DNA from: an uncultured Bacilli bacterium
GTDB lineage: Bacteria; Bacillota_I; Bacilli_A; RF39; UBA660
DNA length: 64,000 bases
Direction: 5' to 3'
NCBI GenBank assembly: GCA_910584165.1
Contig: CAJTZU010000001.1
Coordinates: 200,321-264,320, forward strand
Both the position numbers and the translations under genes were made by a program. Below the pieces are notes generated by a model. It did no database searches, was not told the DNA's origin, and saw only the letters and a program-made list of their open reading frames with translations. Below are positions 1 through 8,828 of this stretch, piece after piece (position 1 is the first letter of the stretch; the number at the start of each line of letters is the position of its first letter).

Positions 1-330
1 ACAAGTTGGATAACCAAAATATAAAATACCTGTTCCATGGTCTAAAATATCAACAGCTTCTTTCGCAGTCACATACTTCATAGGATTATCTTCTGGAATA
101 TTCAATTCTTGAAAATAATGCCCTAAATCATCTTCTCTTTCCTTGTTATTATAAGCTTCATATTCTTTTTTAAATTTCATTGCATCTGTTTCAGGAGTAG
201 GATTTTGATTAGTATTAGAAGGATTAATAGATGTTTTTTTATCTCGTAAAACAAAAGCAAATCCTACCAAAGCAACTAAAATAAAAGCAAGCATAACAAG
301 ACTTTTTAATATGGTTTCTCTTTCTTTCAT
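1..330 (-). CDS. Membrane-anchored thioredoxin-fold protein, N-terminal part only (runs off the window start)
   Basis: Own minus-strand translation from ATG at 330: MKERETILKSLVMLAFILVALVGFAFVLRDKK...DILDHGTGILYFGYPTC. It has one N-terminal TM helix and ends at a GYPTC motif, as found at the start of thioredoxin-like CxxC sites. It is not in the ORF track because there is no stop in the window. No clear RBS. Confidence 0.45.
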   Translation of the reverse strand, partial: MKERETILKSLVMLAFILVALVGFAFVLRDKKTSINPSNTNQNPTPETDAMKFKKEYEAYNNKEREDDLGHYFQELNIPEDNPMKYVTAKEAVDILDHGTGILYFGYPTC

Positions 331-333
331 AAA

Positions 334-2082
334 TTACTCTAGTATTGCTTTAATTCTTCTAACTCCAGCACTACTAGCTTCCTCCTTCTTGATTTTGAAA
401 TGTCCTAATTCCTTTGTATTTTGAACATGAGGGCCTCCACATAATTCTTTTGAAATATTATCTCCAATTGTATATACAGTTACAATATCTGGGTATTTTT
501 CAATAAACATACATTCTGCACCTGAAGAAAGCGCTTCTTCTTTCTTCATTTCTTCTACATGAACTTCTAGTCCCTCTTCTATCCATTTATTTACTAATTC
601 TTCTGTTCTAGATTTTTCTTCTTCTGTCAATTTATGGTCACAACTAAAATCAAATCTCATTCTTTCAGAAGTAATATTACTTCCTTTTTGATGAACATCA
701 GGACCCACTACTTCTTTTAAAGCAGCATTTAATAAATGGGTTGCGGTATGATATTTAGTTTCTATTTCGCCATCTCCTGCTAAACCACCTTTAAACTTTC
801 CTGCAGAAGCCGTGCGAGATAATTCTTGATGCTCTTTAAATTTTTTTTCAAATCCTTCTTCATCTACAGATATTCCTCTTTCATTAGCAAGCTCTATAGT
901 AAGCTCAATTGGAAATCCATAAGTATCATACAAATGGAAAGCAGTAATATCATCAATAGCATCCTTATTTCGAACTGCTTTTTCAAACTCTCTTAATCCC
1001 TTTTCTAAAGTCTTATTAAATTTTTCTTTTTCTTTTTTCAATACTTCTAAAACAATTTGATAATTATCATCTAATTCCTTATAGTATGTTTTATACTTAT
1101 CTAATAGTAACGTTGCAATTCTATTTTCCCAATCACTATTAATATCTATATTTAAATTTTTAGCATGCCTAATTGCTCTACGGATAAGTCTTCTTAATAT
1201 ATATCCTTGATCTGTATTACTTGGCTTTATACCAGATGGGTCTGCACTAATAAAAACAGCAGTACGCATGTGATCTGCAATAATACGCATACTTCTTTTA
1301 TATTCACCATCATAAGGGACATTAGAAATTTCTGAAATTAAGTTAATAACATCTTTCCAAATACTAGACTCATAATTGTCTTTTACACCTTCTAAAATAG
1401 CAGTAGTACGTTCTACTCCCATTCCAGTATCTACATTTTTATTAGGAAGTTCTGTTACCACTCCATTTACATCTTTGTGATATTGCATAAATACATTATT
1501 CCATATTTCTACCCAACGATTATCTTCAGGATCAAAAGTCTCTGGAATTTCTTCATCACTTCTAAAATAAAAAATCTCAGTATCTGGTCCGCATGGTCCT
1601 GATTCTCCTGCAATCCAAAAATTATCTTCTACTGTTTTTGCAATTCTAGATTCTGGTATTCCTAAACTTAACCATTTTTCATAACTTTCAGTATCAAAAG
1701 GAATAATATCATTTCCAGCAAATACAGTAACAGCTAAACGAGATGCTGGAATCTTTAAATCATTCGTTAAAAATTGATAACTCCACTCAATACTTTCTTG
1801 CTTAAAGTAATCCCCTAAACTCCAATTTCCTAGCATTTCAAAAAAAGTATGATGAGTAGTATCTCCTACTTCTTCCAAATCATTGGTACGAATACACTTC
1901 TGATAATCACACAATCTAGTTCCATAAGGATGAGGTTGCCCCATTAAATAAGGAATTAATGGTTGCATTCCTGCAGTATTAAATAAAACGCTAGGATCAT
2001 TTTCAGGAACTACTGGTGCGCTAGGAATTTGCTTGTGTCCATGGCGAACAAAAAAATCGATGTACAAATCTTTTAAATTCAT
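334..2082 (-). CDS. alaS: Alanine--tRNA ligase, short form (582 aa, no C-Ala domain)
   Basis: Class II AlaRS core motifs are present: FFVRHGHKQIPSAPVVP, FNTAGMQP, GNWSLGDYFK, WNNVFMQY, VDTGMGVERT. Editing-domain metal motifs HTATHLL and CGGPHV are also present. The protein ends about 25 aa after CGGPH. Confidence 0.9.
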   Translation of the reverse strand: MNLKDLYIDFFVRHGHKQIPSAPVVPENDPSVLFNTAGMQPLIPYLMGQPHPYGTRLCDYQKCIRTNDLEEVGDTTHHTFFEMLGNWSLGDYFKQESIEWSYQFLTNDLKIPASRLAVTVFAGNDIIPFDTESYEKWLSLGIPESRIAKTVEDNFWIAGESGPCGPDTEIFYFRSDEEIPETFDPEDNRWVEIWNNVFMQYHKDVNGVVTELPNKNVDTGMGVERTTAILEGVKDNYESSIWKDVINLISEISNVPYDGEYKRSMRIIADHMRTAVFISADPSGIKPSNTDQGYILRRLIRRAIRHAKNLNIDINSDWENRIATLLLDKYKTYYKELDDNYQIVLEVLKKEKEKFNKTLEKGLREFEKAVRNKDAIDDITAFHLYDTYGFPIELTIELANERGISVDEEGFEKKFKEHQELSRTASAGKFKGGLAGDGEIETKYHTATHLLNAALKEVVGPDVHQKGSNITSERMRFDFSCDHKLTEEEKSRTEELVNKWIEEGLEVHVEEMKKEEALSSGAECMFIEKYPDIVTVYTIGDNISKELCGGPHVQNTKELGHFKIKKEEASSAGVRRIKAILE

Positions 2083-2092
2083 AAATTCACCT

Positions 2093-2635
2093 CTATATAT
2101 TTTCTATAATAGAAAGCAGTCTATTTTTATAAGCCTCTAAATCATGATTATTATCAATATAATAGTCTGCCATAGCAATTGGACCACCCTTTGCCGAATT
2201 TTCAATTTCAGCGATATCACGTGCTACTGCCTGCTCTCTTGTAAATGGTCTAATCTCCCTTTTACTAAGTCTATCATAACGTAATTCTCTATCTGCGATA
2301 ATAGCAATTACTGTTAGCTTATCTTTTAACTCTTCTTGAAGAATCTTTAATTCATCCCAAGAATAAAGACCATCTAATACTGTATTTTCTTCCTCAGCAT
2401 ACTCTAAAATGCGAGGAAGCAAGATTTTAGCATAGGCACCCATTCCTAAATCTCTGCGCAATCCCTCTCTCATCATTTTTTCATTTTCTGGAGTTACTTC
2501 TAATCCAGCCTCTTTTAGTTTTTCCATGGTTACTCCACCAAAGTAAACCTTTTTCCATCCCATACTCTCTAATAAATCAGAAGCGATAGATTTACCGCTT
2601 CCGCACATTCCTACAATAGCAACTATTTTTTTCAT
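2093..2635 (-). CDS. P-loop nucleotide kinase (dephospho-CoA kinase-like / UPF0200-like)
   Basis: Walker A motif VGMCGSGKS at the N-terminus and a small 180-aa kinase-like layout. 4-nt overlap with the upstream AI-2E gene and 10 nt before alaS. Confidence 0.5.
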   Translation of the reverse strand: MKKIVAIVGMCGSGKSIASDLLESMGWKKVYFGGVTMEKLKEAGLEVTPENEKMMREGLRRDLGMGAYAKILLPRILEYAEEENTVLDGLYSWDELKILQEELKDKLTVIAIIADRELRYDRLSKREIRPFTREQAVARDIAEIENSAKGGPIAMADYYIDNNHDLEAYKNRLLSIIENI

Positions 2636-3831
2636 TCTTTCACCTCTTCAATTTTTTCTTCCATTTCCATATCGTCTACATAGTCTAATAATTTCCATTT
2701 TCTATCAAAAAAGTTAAATACAATTTTTAAAATACCAATCACTGGCGCTGATATAGCCATACCAATAATACCCCAGAAGTGTCCAAATATTAATAAGCCA
2801 ATAATAATGGTTACTGGATGTAATTTGGTTGTCTTACTCATAATATATTCTTGTAAGAAATTTCCTTCAAAGAATTGAATAACAACAATAGAAGCAGTTG
2901 TTAATAATCCCACTGTCGGACTAATTGAAAAACCTACAATAACCGCTGGTACTGCACCAATATAAGGTCCAACATAAGGAATAACATTAGTGATAGCACA
3001 AAAAACAGCAAATAATAATGGTGCTCTTAAGCCAATAATACTAAATACAACACCACAAATAATAAAGATTACAAGAGCATCTAAAGCAACACCCCTTACA
3101 TAATTCTTTAGACAAGTATTAATTTCTCCAAATAAAGAATCAGCATCTTTTCGCCATTTTTTAGGAAATAGATAAATGAACGTTTCTTCAATATTTTCAA
3201 AACTTAAAAGTAAAAAGAAGCCTATTACTAACCCTACTAAAAAAGTACTAAGTCCAGAAATAAGAGTTTTTCCAAAGTTTAAAACATACCCCGGCAAAGA
3301 AGAAGCCAGAGAACCACCAAATTCTTCTAATGATGTAACCATGTTATCTTTCATAGTAGCAATATCTAAATTCTCGATATTTTCCAATCTTGCAAAAGCC
3401 CCATTTAGCCATTCTTCTATCTGTGAAAACAAAGATGGCAAGCTTTCTACAAAATCCACAATTTGTTCATATAAAACAGGAATTAAAGTTCCCATAAATA
3501 GAGCTATAATTCCAATTAATAATATGTAAGATATAATAACACCTGGAAGTCTTTTTATTTTATATTTTTTTAACCATTTTACAAAAGGATTTAATAGCCA
3601 AGCAACCATTATTCCTATAAATAATGGGCTTAATATTCCTAGAATAGTTAAAAGAGTATCTTTTATTTTTAACTCTGAAATAATTCTAAGAGCAATCCAT
3701 GAAATTAAAATAATTAATAGGATTAAAAGAACTTCTAAAATCTTTTTTGTTAATCCTAAAACCTCATTAGCAGCTTGATAATCCACTTGTTTTTTATCTT
3801 TTCCTCTTAAATCTTTAAACACATTTATCAC
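2632..3831 (-). CDS. AI-2E family transporter (PerM/UPF0118)
   Basis: 399-aa polytopic membrane protein with the typical AI-2E C-terminal half (NVIPYVGPYIGAVPAVIVG). A perM-like gene also sits upstream of alaS in Bacillus (yrrI). Confidence 0.8.
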   Translation of the reverse strand: MINVFKDLRGKDKKQVDYQAANEVLGLTKKILEVLLILLIILISWIALRIISELKIKDTLLTILGILSPLFIGIMVAWLLNPFVKWLKKYKIKRLPGVIISYILLIGIIALFMGTLIPVLYEQIVDFVESLPSLFSQIEEWLNGAFARLENIENLDIATMKDNMVTSLEEFGGSLASSLPGYVLNFGKTLISGLSTFLVGLVIGFFLLLSFENIEETFIYLFPKKWRKDADSLFGEINTCLKNYVRGVALDALVIFIICGVVFSIIGLRAPLLFAVFCAITNVIPYVGPYIGAVPAVIVGFSISPTVGLLTTASIVVIQFFEGNFLQEYIMSKTTKLHPVTIIIGLLIFGHFWGIIGMAISAPVIGILKIVFNFFDRKWKLLDYVDDMEMEEKIEEVKE

Positions 3832-3911
3832 CTTTATTCATTATATCAAATATGTGTTAGTAGTGCAAACAAATCTTAGGAAAATAAGCAATATTTACAA
3901 AAAAAGAAGAA

Positions 3912-4769
3912 TTATAATTCCTCTTTTTTGGGAGACTTCTTTTGAAAATAAATTTTAGGAGGCTCTTCTTTTGAACATGCTTTCATAATTTCAAAAGCAT
4001 CTTCCCATGCCCCTTCAAAATATTTTTTGCTTTCTTCTAATTCGTAAAGATATTCTTGAAACTTTGGAATTTGACTAAATACTGATAACATCGGAAGTGA
4101 CAATGCTAAAAAAGATCCATAACCTTCTTTACTTTCTTCTGTCTGCTCAGCATAGATTTCTTTTTGTTCCCTATTAAAATCTTTTTTTCTAATTCGATAA
4201 GAAACTGTTAATCCATATCTTTTAGCAAACTCTTCTTCTTCAAAAAATCGTTTTGTTAAAACGTCTACTAAATAAGTTCTATCATTCATGAAAACTTCTA
4301 AAAAAGGTCTTTTTTCTACCCTCACACCTTGTCTAGTAGGAGATGAATAATCTGCTTCTATAAATGCAAAGTCTTCAAAGAAAACGCTAAGCGTGGTATT
4401 CGCATCATAAATACAATAAGAAACTCTTCCAGAAGGTCTTGAAGCATGAACAGAGATAGGAATAGAACCTGACTGTCTAATAATACGATTTCTCATTTTA
4501 TCCTTTAACCATAAAGGATAGCCCATTACAAAAGGAAATTTTCCGTAATGATAATCTGCTGGATTATTGGTAATAGCACAAGAATCTAATGACAAAAATT
4601 CCCGTTCAGGATGAATGGAATTTGAATCCACTAAAGCATTCATAATTGTTGCTTTTATTGCTTCCACATCTAAATCATCAAGATTAGGATATAATCTAAT
4701 ATACTCTAAAATAGAAACACCTCTATAAAATACTGTCTTTAATACTTCATATTCTTCCAATTTTTTCAT
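3912..4769 (-). CDS. Hypothetical protein (285 aa)
   Basis: Long ORF with a good RBS context. No motif recognised. Confidence 0.6.
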   Translation of the reverse strand: MKKLEEYEVLKTVFYRGVSILEYIRLYPNLDDLDVEAIKATIMNALVDSNSIHPEREFLSLDSCAITNNPADYHYGKFPFVMGYPLWLKDKMRNRIIRQSGSIPISVHASRPSGRVSYCIYDANTTLSVFFEDFAFIEADYSSPTRQGVRVEKRPFLEVFMNDRTYLVDVLTKRFFEEEEFAKRYGLTVSYRIRKKDFNREQKEIYAEQTEESKEGYGSFLALSLPMLSVFSQIPKFQEYLYELEESKKYFEGAWEDAFEIMKACSKEEPPKIYFQKKSPKKEEL

Positions 4770-4830
4770 AAACTCACCTCAGCTTGATTATTATAACAAC
4801 AAAAAAAGAATTCGTCAAAATTCTTTTTTA

Positions 4831-5862
4831 TTATTTTACTGTTTCTTTGGAAGAATATTGCAAATCTGGAATCATTCTAGAATATCCTTTTAATATCATA
4901 GTACCAATTCTACTTTTTGAAATATTAGAAGGTAAAGATAATAATTTATCTGCGCCCTCTTCTTCTTGTGGAAAAATTCCTAATATTTTATAGTTTGAAG
5001 AATATTCATCCATTCCTAATCCAGCCATTTGAAAATCACACATTCCTAATTTTCTTTCTTTTTCTATGTCAAAAAAATTGTATTTTTTATCAAAAGAAAC
5101 TAATAAAGAAGTATGCATATTATTTCCTTCTAAAGATACTACTATTTGACTAAAAATGCTTACTTGTTCTAACAAATATTGAAATGCCAAAGATGGAAAG
5201 AATTTTTTTAAAAGTTCATTTTCTTGTGATTCTAAAGGAATATTAGGATATTGTTCTTTAACAATCGCTTTATCATAATAAGGATTCTGAACTAAAAATT
5301 TATAAATTCTTAAGATATTATCTAACTTTTCTAAATCATTACGACAAGGTCCCAAAGAAAGAAATTTCATAATTTCTTCTACTTTAATATCTAATTGTTT
5401 CCATTCTTCTTTTTTAGGTGCTTCTAGTTTTGGAAGAAGACTTTCTGTAGGTTGAGGTTGTGGTATTGGTAAAGATGAACTTTGAAGCATTTTTTTCTGT
5501 GGAACAGGCTGAAAGTTTCTCACTCTTATGAATTCTGCCTTTCTTTCTAATACTTCTTTTTCCTCTTGTAAAACTTCTTGTGAAACAAAAGTTTGTACCC
5601 CGCTATCATATTCTATTCTATAAAAAACAGTATCTTCTGAGTCAAAAATAATCTCTCTCACAGTTACCATTTGCCCTAAAAATCTTACTCTATCTCCTAT
5701 ATAAAAATCTACCATAATAGGTAAAAAATTATTTTGAAAATTGGCTGGTGATAAAAAAATACATTCTTCTAAAGAAAATACTCTTCTTGGTAAATGTTCT
5801 TTGCTTACCCTTCTCTTTTTTTCAACAATTGTATTTCTAAAAAAACGTAACTCCTTTTCCAT
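4831..5862 (-). CDS. Hypothetical protein (343 aa)
   Basis: Long ORF with no motif recognised. The start is preceded by AAAGGGGGAATAAAAG. Confidence 0.6.
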   Translation of the reverse strand: MEKELRFFRNTIVEKKRRVSKEHLPRRVFSLEECIFLSPANFQNNFLPIMVDFYIGDRVRFLGQMVTVREIIFDSEDTVFYRIEYDSGVQTFVSQEVLQEEKEVLERKAEFIRVRNFQPVPQKKMLQSSSLPIPQPQPTESLLPKLEAPKKEEWKQLDIKVEEIMKFLSLGPCRNDLEKLDNILRIYKFLVQNPYYDKAIVKEQYPNIPLESQENELLKKFFPSLAFQYLLEQVSIFSQIVVSLEGNNMHTSLLVSFDKKYNFFDIEKERKLGMCDFQMAGLGMDEYSSNYKILGIFPQEEEGADKLLSLPSNISKSRIGTMILKGYSRMIPDLQYSSKETVK

Positions 5863-5931
5863 CTTTTATTCCCCCTTTTACGAATAGGTATAATATCATA
5901 AAAAAAGGAATTAGTCAAAATTCCTCTTTTA

Positions 5932-6234
5932 CTAACGACATTTTACTGTTGTCTCTTCTTCCACTATAGGGGTATCTGGATATACTCCAACCTGATGCTC
6001 TGTATTATCTTCCATTACTGGTACTGTCTCAACTCTTTCTTGACCAATTTGAGGTTCTGCACTTGCATATCTTTCACAATCTTCCTTCCTTGCAAATATA
6101 GTACCATCTGGAGCAGTATATTGTGGTGCAAATTCTGCTATTCCTCTAGCTTCTTCTGGTAGAGAAGCTAGATAGTCTTCTTTACTTGTCCAATAAGATC
6201 CATATGGATCAACATAATATGGATTTTCTTTCAT
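5932..6234 (-). CDS. Small hypothetical protein (about 100 aa)
   Basis: Track ORF is 5932-6303. I prefer the internal ATG at 6234 (MKENPYYVDPYG), which is preceded by AGGAAGGGA and avoids overlap with frr. Confidence 0.5.
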   Translation of the reverse strand: MKENPYYVDPYGSYWTSKEDYLASLPEEARGIAEFAPQYTAPDGTIFARKEDCERYASAEPQIGQERVETVPVMEDNTEHQVGVYPDTPIVEEETTVKCR

Positions 6235-6295
6235 ATAATCATCCCTTCCTATAATTAGGATATCATCTTTTCCATAAATAAGCAAGTAAAAATTT

Positions 6296-6841
6296 CTAGA
6301 CACTCATCAATTCTGTTTCTTTTACTTTAAATTTTTCATCTACTTCTTTATTATACTTATTAATTAACTCTTGAACAGATTCTTCACCAGATTTGATATC
6401 ATCTTCTGGTACTTCTAATTTACCAATTGCTTTATTTGCATCTTGTCTAATATTTCTAAGAACAATGCGGCAATCTTCTGCATATCCTTTTGCTTGTTTT
6501 ACATATTCTCTTCTCGTATCTTCTGTTAAAGCTGGAATATTTAAAATAATCATTTCTCCATTGTTATTAGGAGTAATTCCTATATTTGCTTCATAAATTC
6601 CTTTTTCTATAGCACTTATTGAACTACGGTCAAATGGTTTAATTGCTAATTGTCTTGCTTCTGGAATAGAAATAGTCGCTAATTGTTTTAAAGGAGTATC
6701 TACTCCATAATAATTTACCATAACACCATCTAACATAGCAGGATTCGCACGACCTGCTCGAATGTTAGTAAATCTCTTTTCCATATTCTCGATGGCTTCT
6801 ACCATTTCCATTTCTGTATTTTCCAATATCTCTTCTATCAT
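6296..6841 (-). CDS. frr: Ribosome recycling factor
   Basis: 181 aa with a typical RRF sequence (RAGRANPAMLDGV, LNIPALTEDTRREYVK). Confidence 0.95.
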   Translation of the reverse strand: MIEEILENTEMEMVEAIENMEKRFTNIRAGRANPAMLDGVMVNYYGVDTPLKQLATISIPEARQLAIKPFDRSSISAIEKGIYEANIGITPNNNGEMIILNIPALTEDTRREYVKQAKGYAEDCRIVLRNIRQDANKAIGKLEVPEDDIKSGEESVQELINKYNKEVDEKFKVKETELMSV

Positions 6842-6849
6842 ATTTCCTC

Positions 6850-8265
6850 CTAATATTGTTTTCCAAAATAAATTTGATATTTTGCTTTTTTACCGCAACA
6901 TACACAAGTTGCATCTTCTACTTCGCCTATAATACACCTTGATTTATAAGTAGTATCTTCTTTAATCTTATCTTCACAAGTTTGATTTCCACACCAAGTA
7001 GTCTTAATAAATCCAGTTTTTTCTTTTGTTGTATTTAAAAATTCTTCATAAGTAGAAACTTCATAAATTTTAGAATCTCTTCTCTTCTTTGCCTTCTCAA
7101 ATAAATTGTCTTGAATACTTACTAACAATTCTTCTATTTTTGAAATTGCTTCGTCTATAGAAACTTTCATTTTCTCTAAAGTATCTCTTCTAACAAGAGT
7201 TACTTCATTATTTTCTAAATCTCTTTTTCCAATCTCTAATCGAATTGGATATCCTTTTACTTCTGCTTCTGCAAATTTATATCCTGGAGATTTATCAGTT
7301 CTATCTACTAAGAATGTAATTTCCTTTTCTTTTAAAGAATTGGTTAGCTTTGTTACTACTTCTTCCACTTCTCCAATAGGAATAATTGCTACTTTAGTAG
7401 GAGCAATCTTAGGTGGTAATACAAGGCCATAATCATCACCATGCGTCATAATTAAAGAGCCAATCATACGTGTCGTCACTCCCCATGAAGTTTGATATGG
7501 TGTTTCTAATTCATTATCTTTATTTAAAAACTGAATATTAAAAGCTTTTGCAAAACCATTTCCAAAGTAATGACTAGTACCATTTTGAAGAGCAACTCCA
7601 TCATACATCATAGCTTCAATCGTATAAGAAGCTTCTGCTCCTGCAAATTTTTCTTTTTCTGTTTTCTTTCCTGTTACTACAGCAAGCGCTAAATAATTTT
7701 CTTGAACATCCTTATATACATCTAACATTTTTAGAGTTTCTTCTAATGCCTCCTCTGCACTAGAATGCATTGTATGCCCCTCTTGCCATAAAATTTCTCT
7801 ACTTCTTAAAAATGGTCTTGTTTCTTTTTCCCATCTAACAATCGTACACCATTGATTATAAAGAAGTGGTAAATCACGGTAAGACTTAATAATCTTTTTA
7901 AAATGCTCACAGAATAATACTTCACTAGTTGGTCTTACTATCATTTTATCAGCAAGTTCTTCTTTTCCTCCACGAGTAACTACTGCTACTTCTGGCGCAA
8001 ATCCTTCTACATGCTCTTTTTCAATATTAAATAAACTTTCGGGAATAAACATCGGCATTTGTACATTCACATGCCCAGTTTCTTTAAATTTCTTATCTAA
8101 AATAGATACAATATTTTCCCATATAGCATAACCATAAGGGCGAATAATCATACTTCCTTTTACAGAAGAATAGTCTACTAAATCGGCAGCCTTACAAACG
8201 TCAGTATACCATTTAGCAAAATCTACATCTCTTGATGTAATCTTTTCATTATTTTTTTCACTCAT
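6850..8265 (-). CDS. proS: Proline--tRNA ligase, archaeal/eukaryote-like type (no INS editing domain, C-terminal Zn-binding domain)
   Basis: 471 aa with class II motifs (IRPTSE, FLRSREILWQEGHT). The Cys-rich C-terminal tail ends in the characteristic terminal Y. Confidence 0.92.
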   Translation of the reverse strand: MSEKNNEKITSRDVDFAKWYTDVCKAADLVDYSSVKGSMIIRPYGYAIWENIVSILDKKFKETGHVNVQMPMFIPESLFNIEKEHVEGFAPEVAVVTRGGKEELADKMIVRPTSEVLFCEHFKKIIKSYRDLPLLYNQWCTIVRWEKETRPFLRSREILWQEGHTMHSSAEEALEETLKMLDVYKDVQENYLALAVVTGKKTEKEKFAGAEASYTIEAMMYDGVALQNGTSHYFGNGFAKAFNIQFLNKDNELETPYQTSWGVTTRMIGSLIMTHGDDYGLVLPPKIAPTKVAIIPIGEVEEVVTKLTNSLKEKEITFLVDRTDKSPGYKFAEAEVKGYPIRLEIGKRDLENNEVTLVRRDTLEKMKVSIDEAISKIEELLVSIQDNLFEKAKKRRDSKIYEVSTYEEFLNTTKEKTGFIKTTWCGNQTCEDKIKEDTTYKSRCIIGEVEDATCVCCGKKAKYQIYFGKQY

Positions 8266-8312
8266 TTTATTCCCTCCACATTAAAATTATATCATAAAGT
8301 TTTCTCTTTGTT

Positions 8313-8338
8313 TACAAAAAAAGATATTTTCATATCTT
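8313..8338 (-). terminator. Intrinsic terminator after the lipoprotein gene
   Basis: Minus strand: AAGATAT-GAAA-ATATCTT then TTTTTG. Overlaps the stop codon. Confidence 0.6.
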
Positions 8339-8786
8339 ATTTGCATGTAAATCCTGTTTGCTCCATCATACTTTTAAATCCTTCATAATCTTTATTTTCA
8401 GCTTCTTGAGTAAATAAAACATCCGTGCTATCACTATCTAACTCTTTCAATTTGACTTCTACATGAGCAATTATCTTTCTATTTTCTTTTTCAATATCGC
8501 ATTTTACACCCTTGAAATCTTTTAAATCTTCACAAGCTTTTAAGCCTGATTGATAAATTTCCTCTATTTCTTCCTCTTTTTTATCGCCAATGTATTCAGC
8601 TGTATCTTTTTTATCATACTTTGTTAAACTCTCACCTTTTTTATCAAAAGAGAAAGAATATTCCATTGTTCCTTTTACCTCGTTCGTATCTAATGTATAA
8701 GTACAAGTAAGAGACTTTTCTTTCCCACATCCTGTAAGAATAACTGCAGTAACGATAAATAGACCTAGCATCATTAATTTTTTCAT
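8337..8786 (-). CDS. Lipoprotein, unknown function
   Basis: Signal peptide with a lipobox: MKKLMMLGLFIVTAVILTGC. Confidence 0.75.
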   Translation of the reverse strand: MKKLMMLGLFIVTAVILTGCGKEKSLTCTYTLDTNEVKGTMEYSFSFDKKGESLTKYDKKDTAEYIGDKKEEEIEEIYQSGLKACEDLKDFKGVKCDIEKENRKIIAHVEVKLKELDSDSTDVLFTQEAENKDYEGFKSMMEQTGFTCK

Positions 8787-8828
8787 TTTATTCCTCCTAC
8801 CTCTTGTTTATTATAACATAATATTTGT

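Noticed and set aside
3176-3529. Other short opposite-strand or nested ORFs in the track
   Set aside because: These include 4784-4993, 4968-5153, 6393-6596, 15208-15432, 17007-17204, 17268-17639, 18432-18632, 20091-20300, 20217-20513 and 23681-23905. Also 24576-24959, 24833-25162, 27198-27398, 33590-33793, 34439-34624, 37368-37685, 40100-40399, 40910-41098, 41292-41549 and 41921-42103. Also 45510-45728, 47721-47948, 51164-51469, 53002-53205, 55606-55818, 56328-56549, 56482-56685, 57446-57661 and 58322-58519. All lie inside or antisense to much longer genes with recognisable products. They lack RBSs and have antisense-type composition.
6842-8336. T-box or other leaders upstream of the aminoacyl-tRNA synthetase genes (proS, alaS)
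   Set aside because: The spacers are too short. About 70 nt precede proS, most of it taken by the upstream terminator, and only 10 nt precede alaS. No specifier-loop or T-box sequence is visible.
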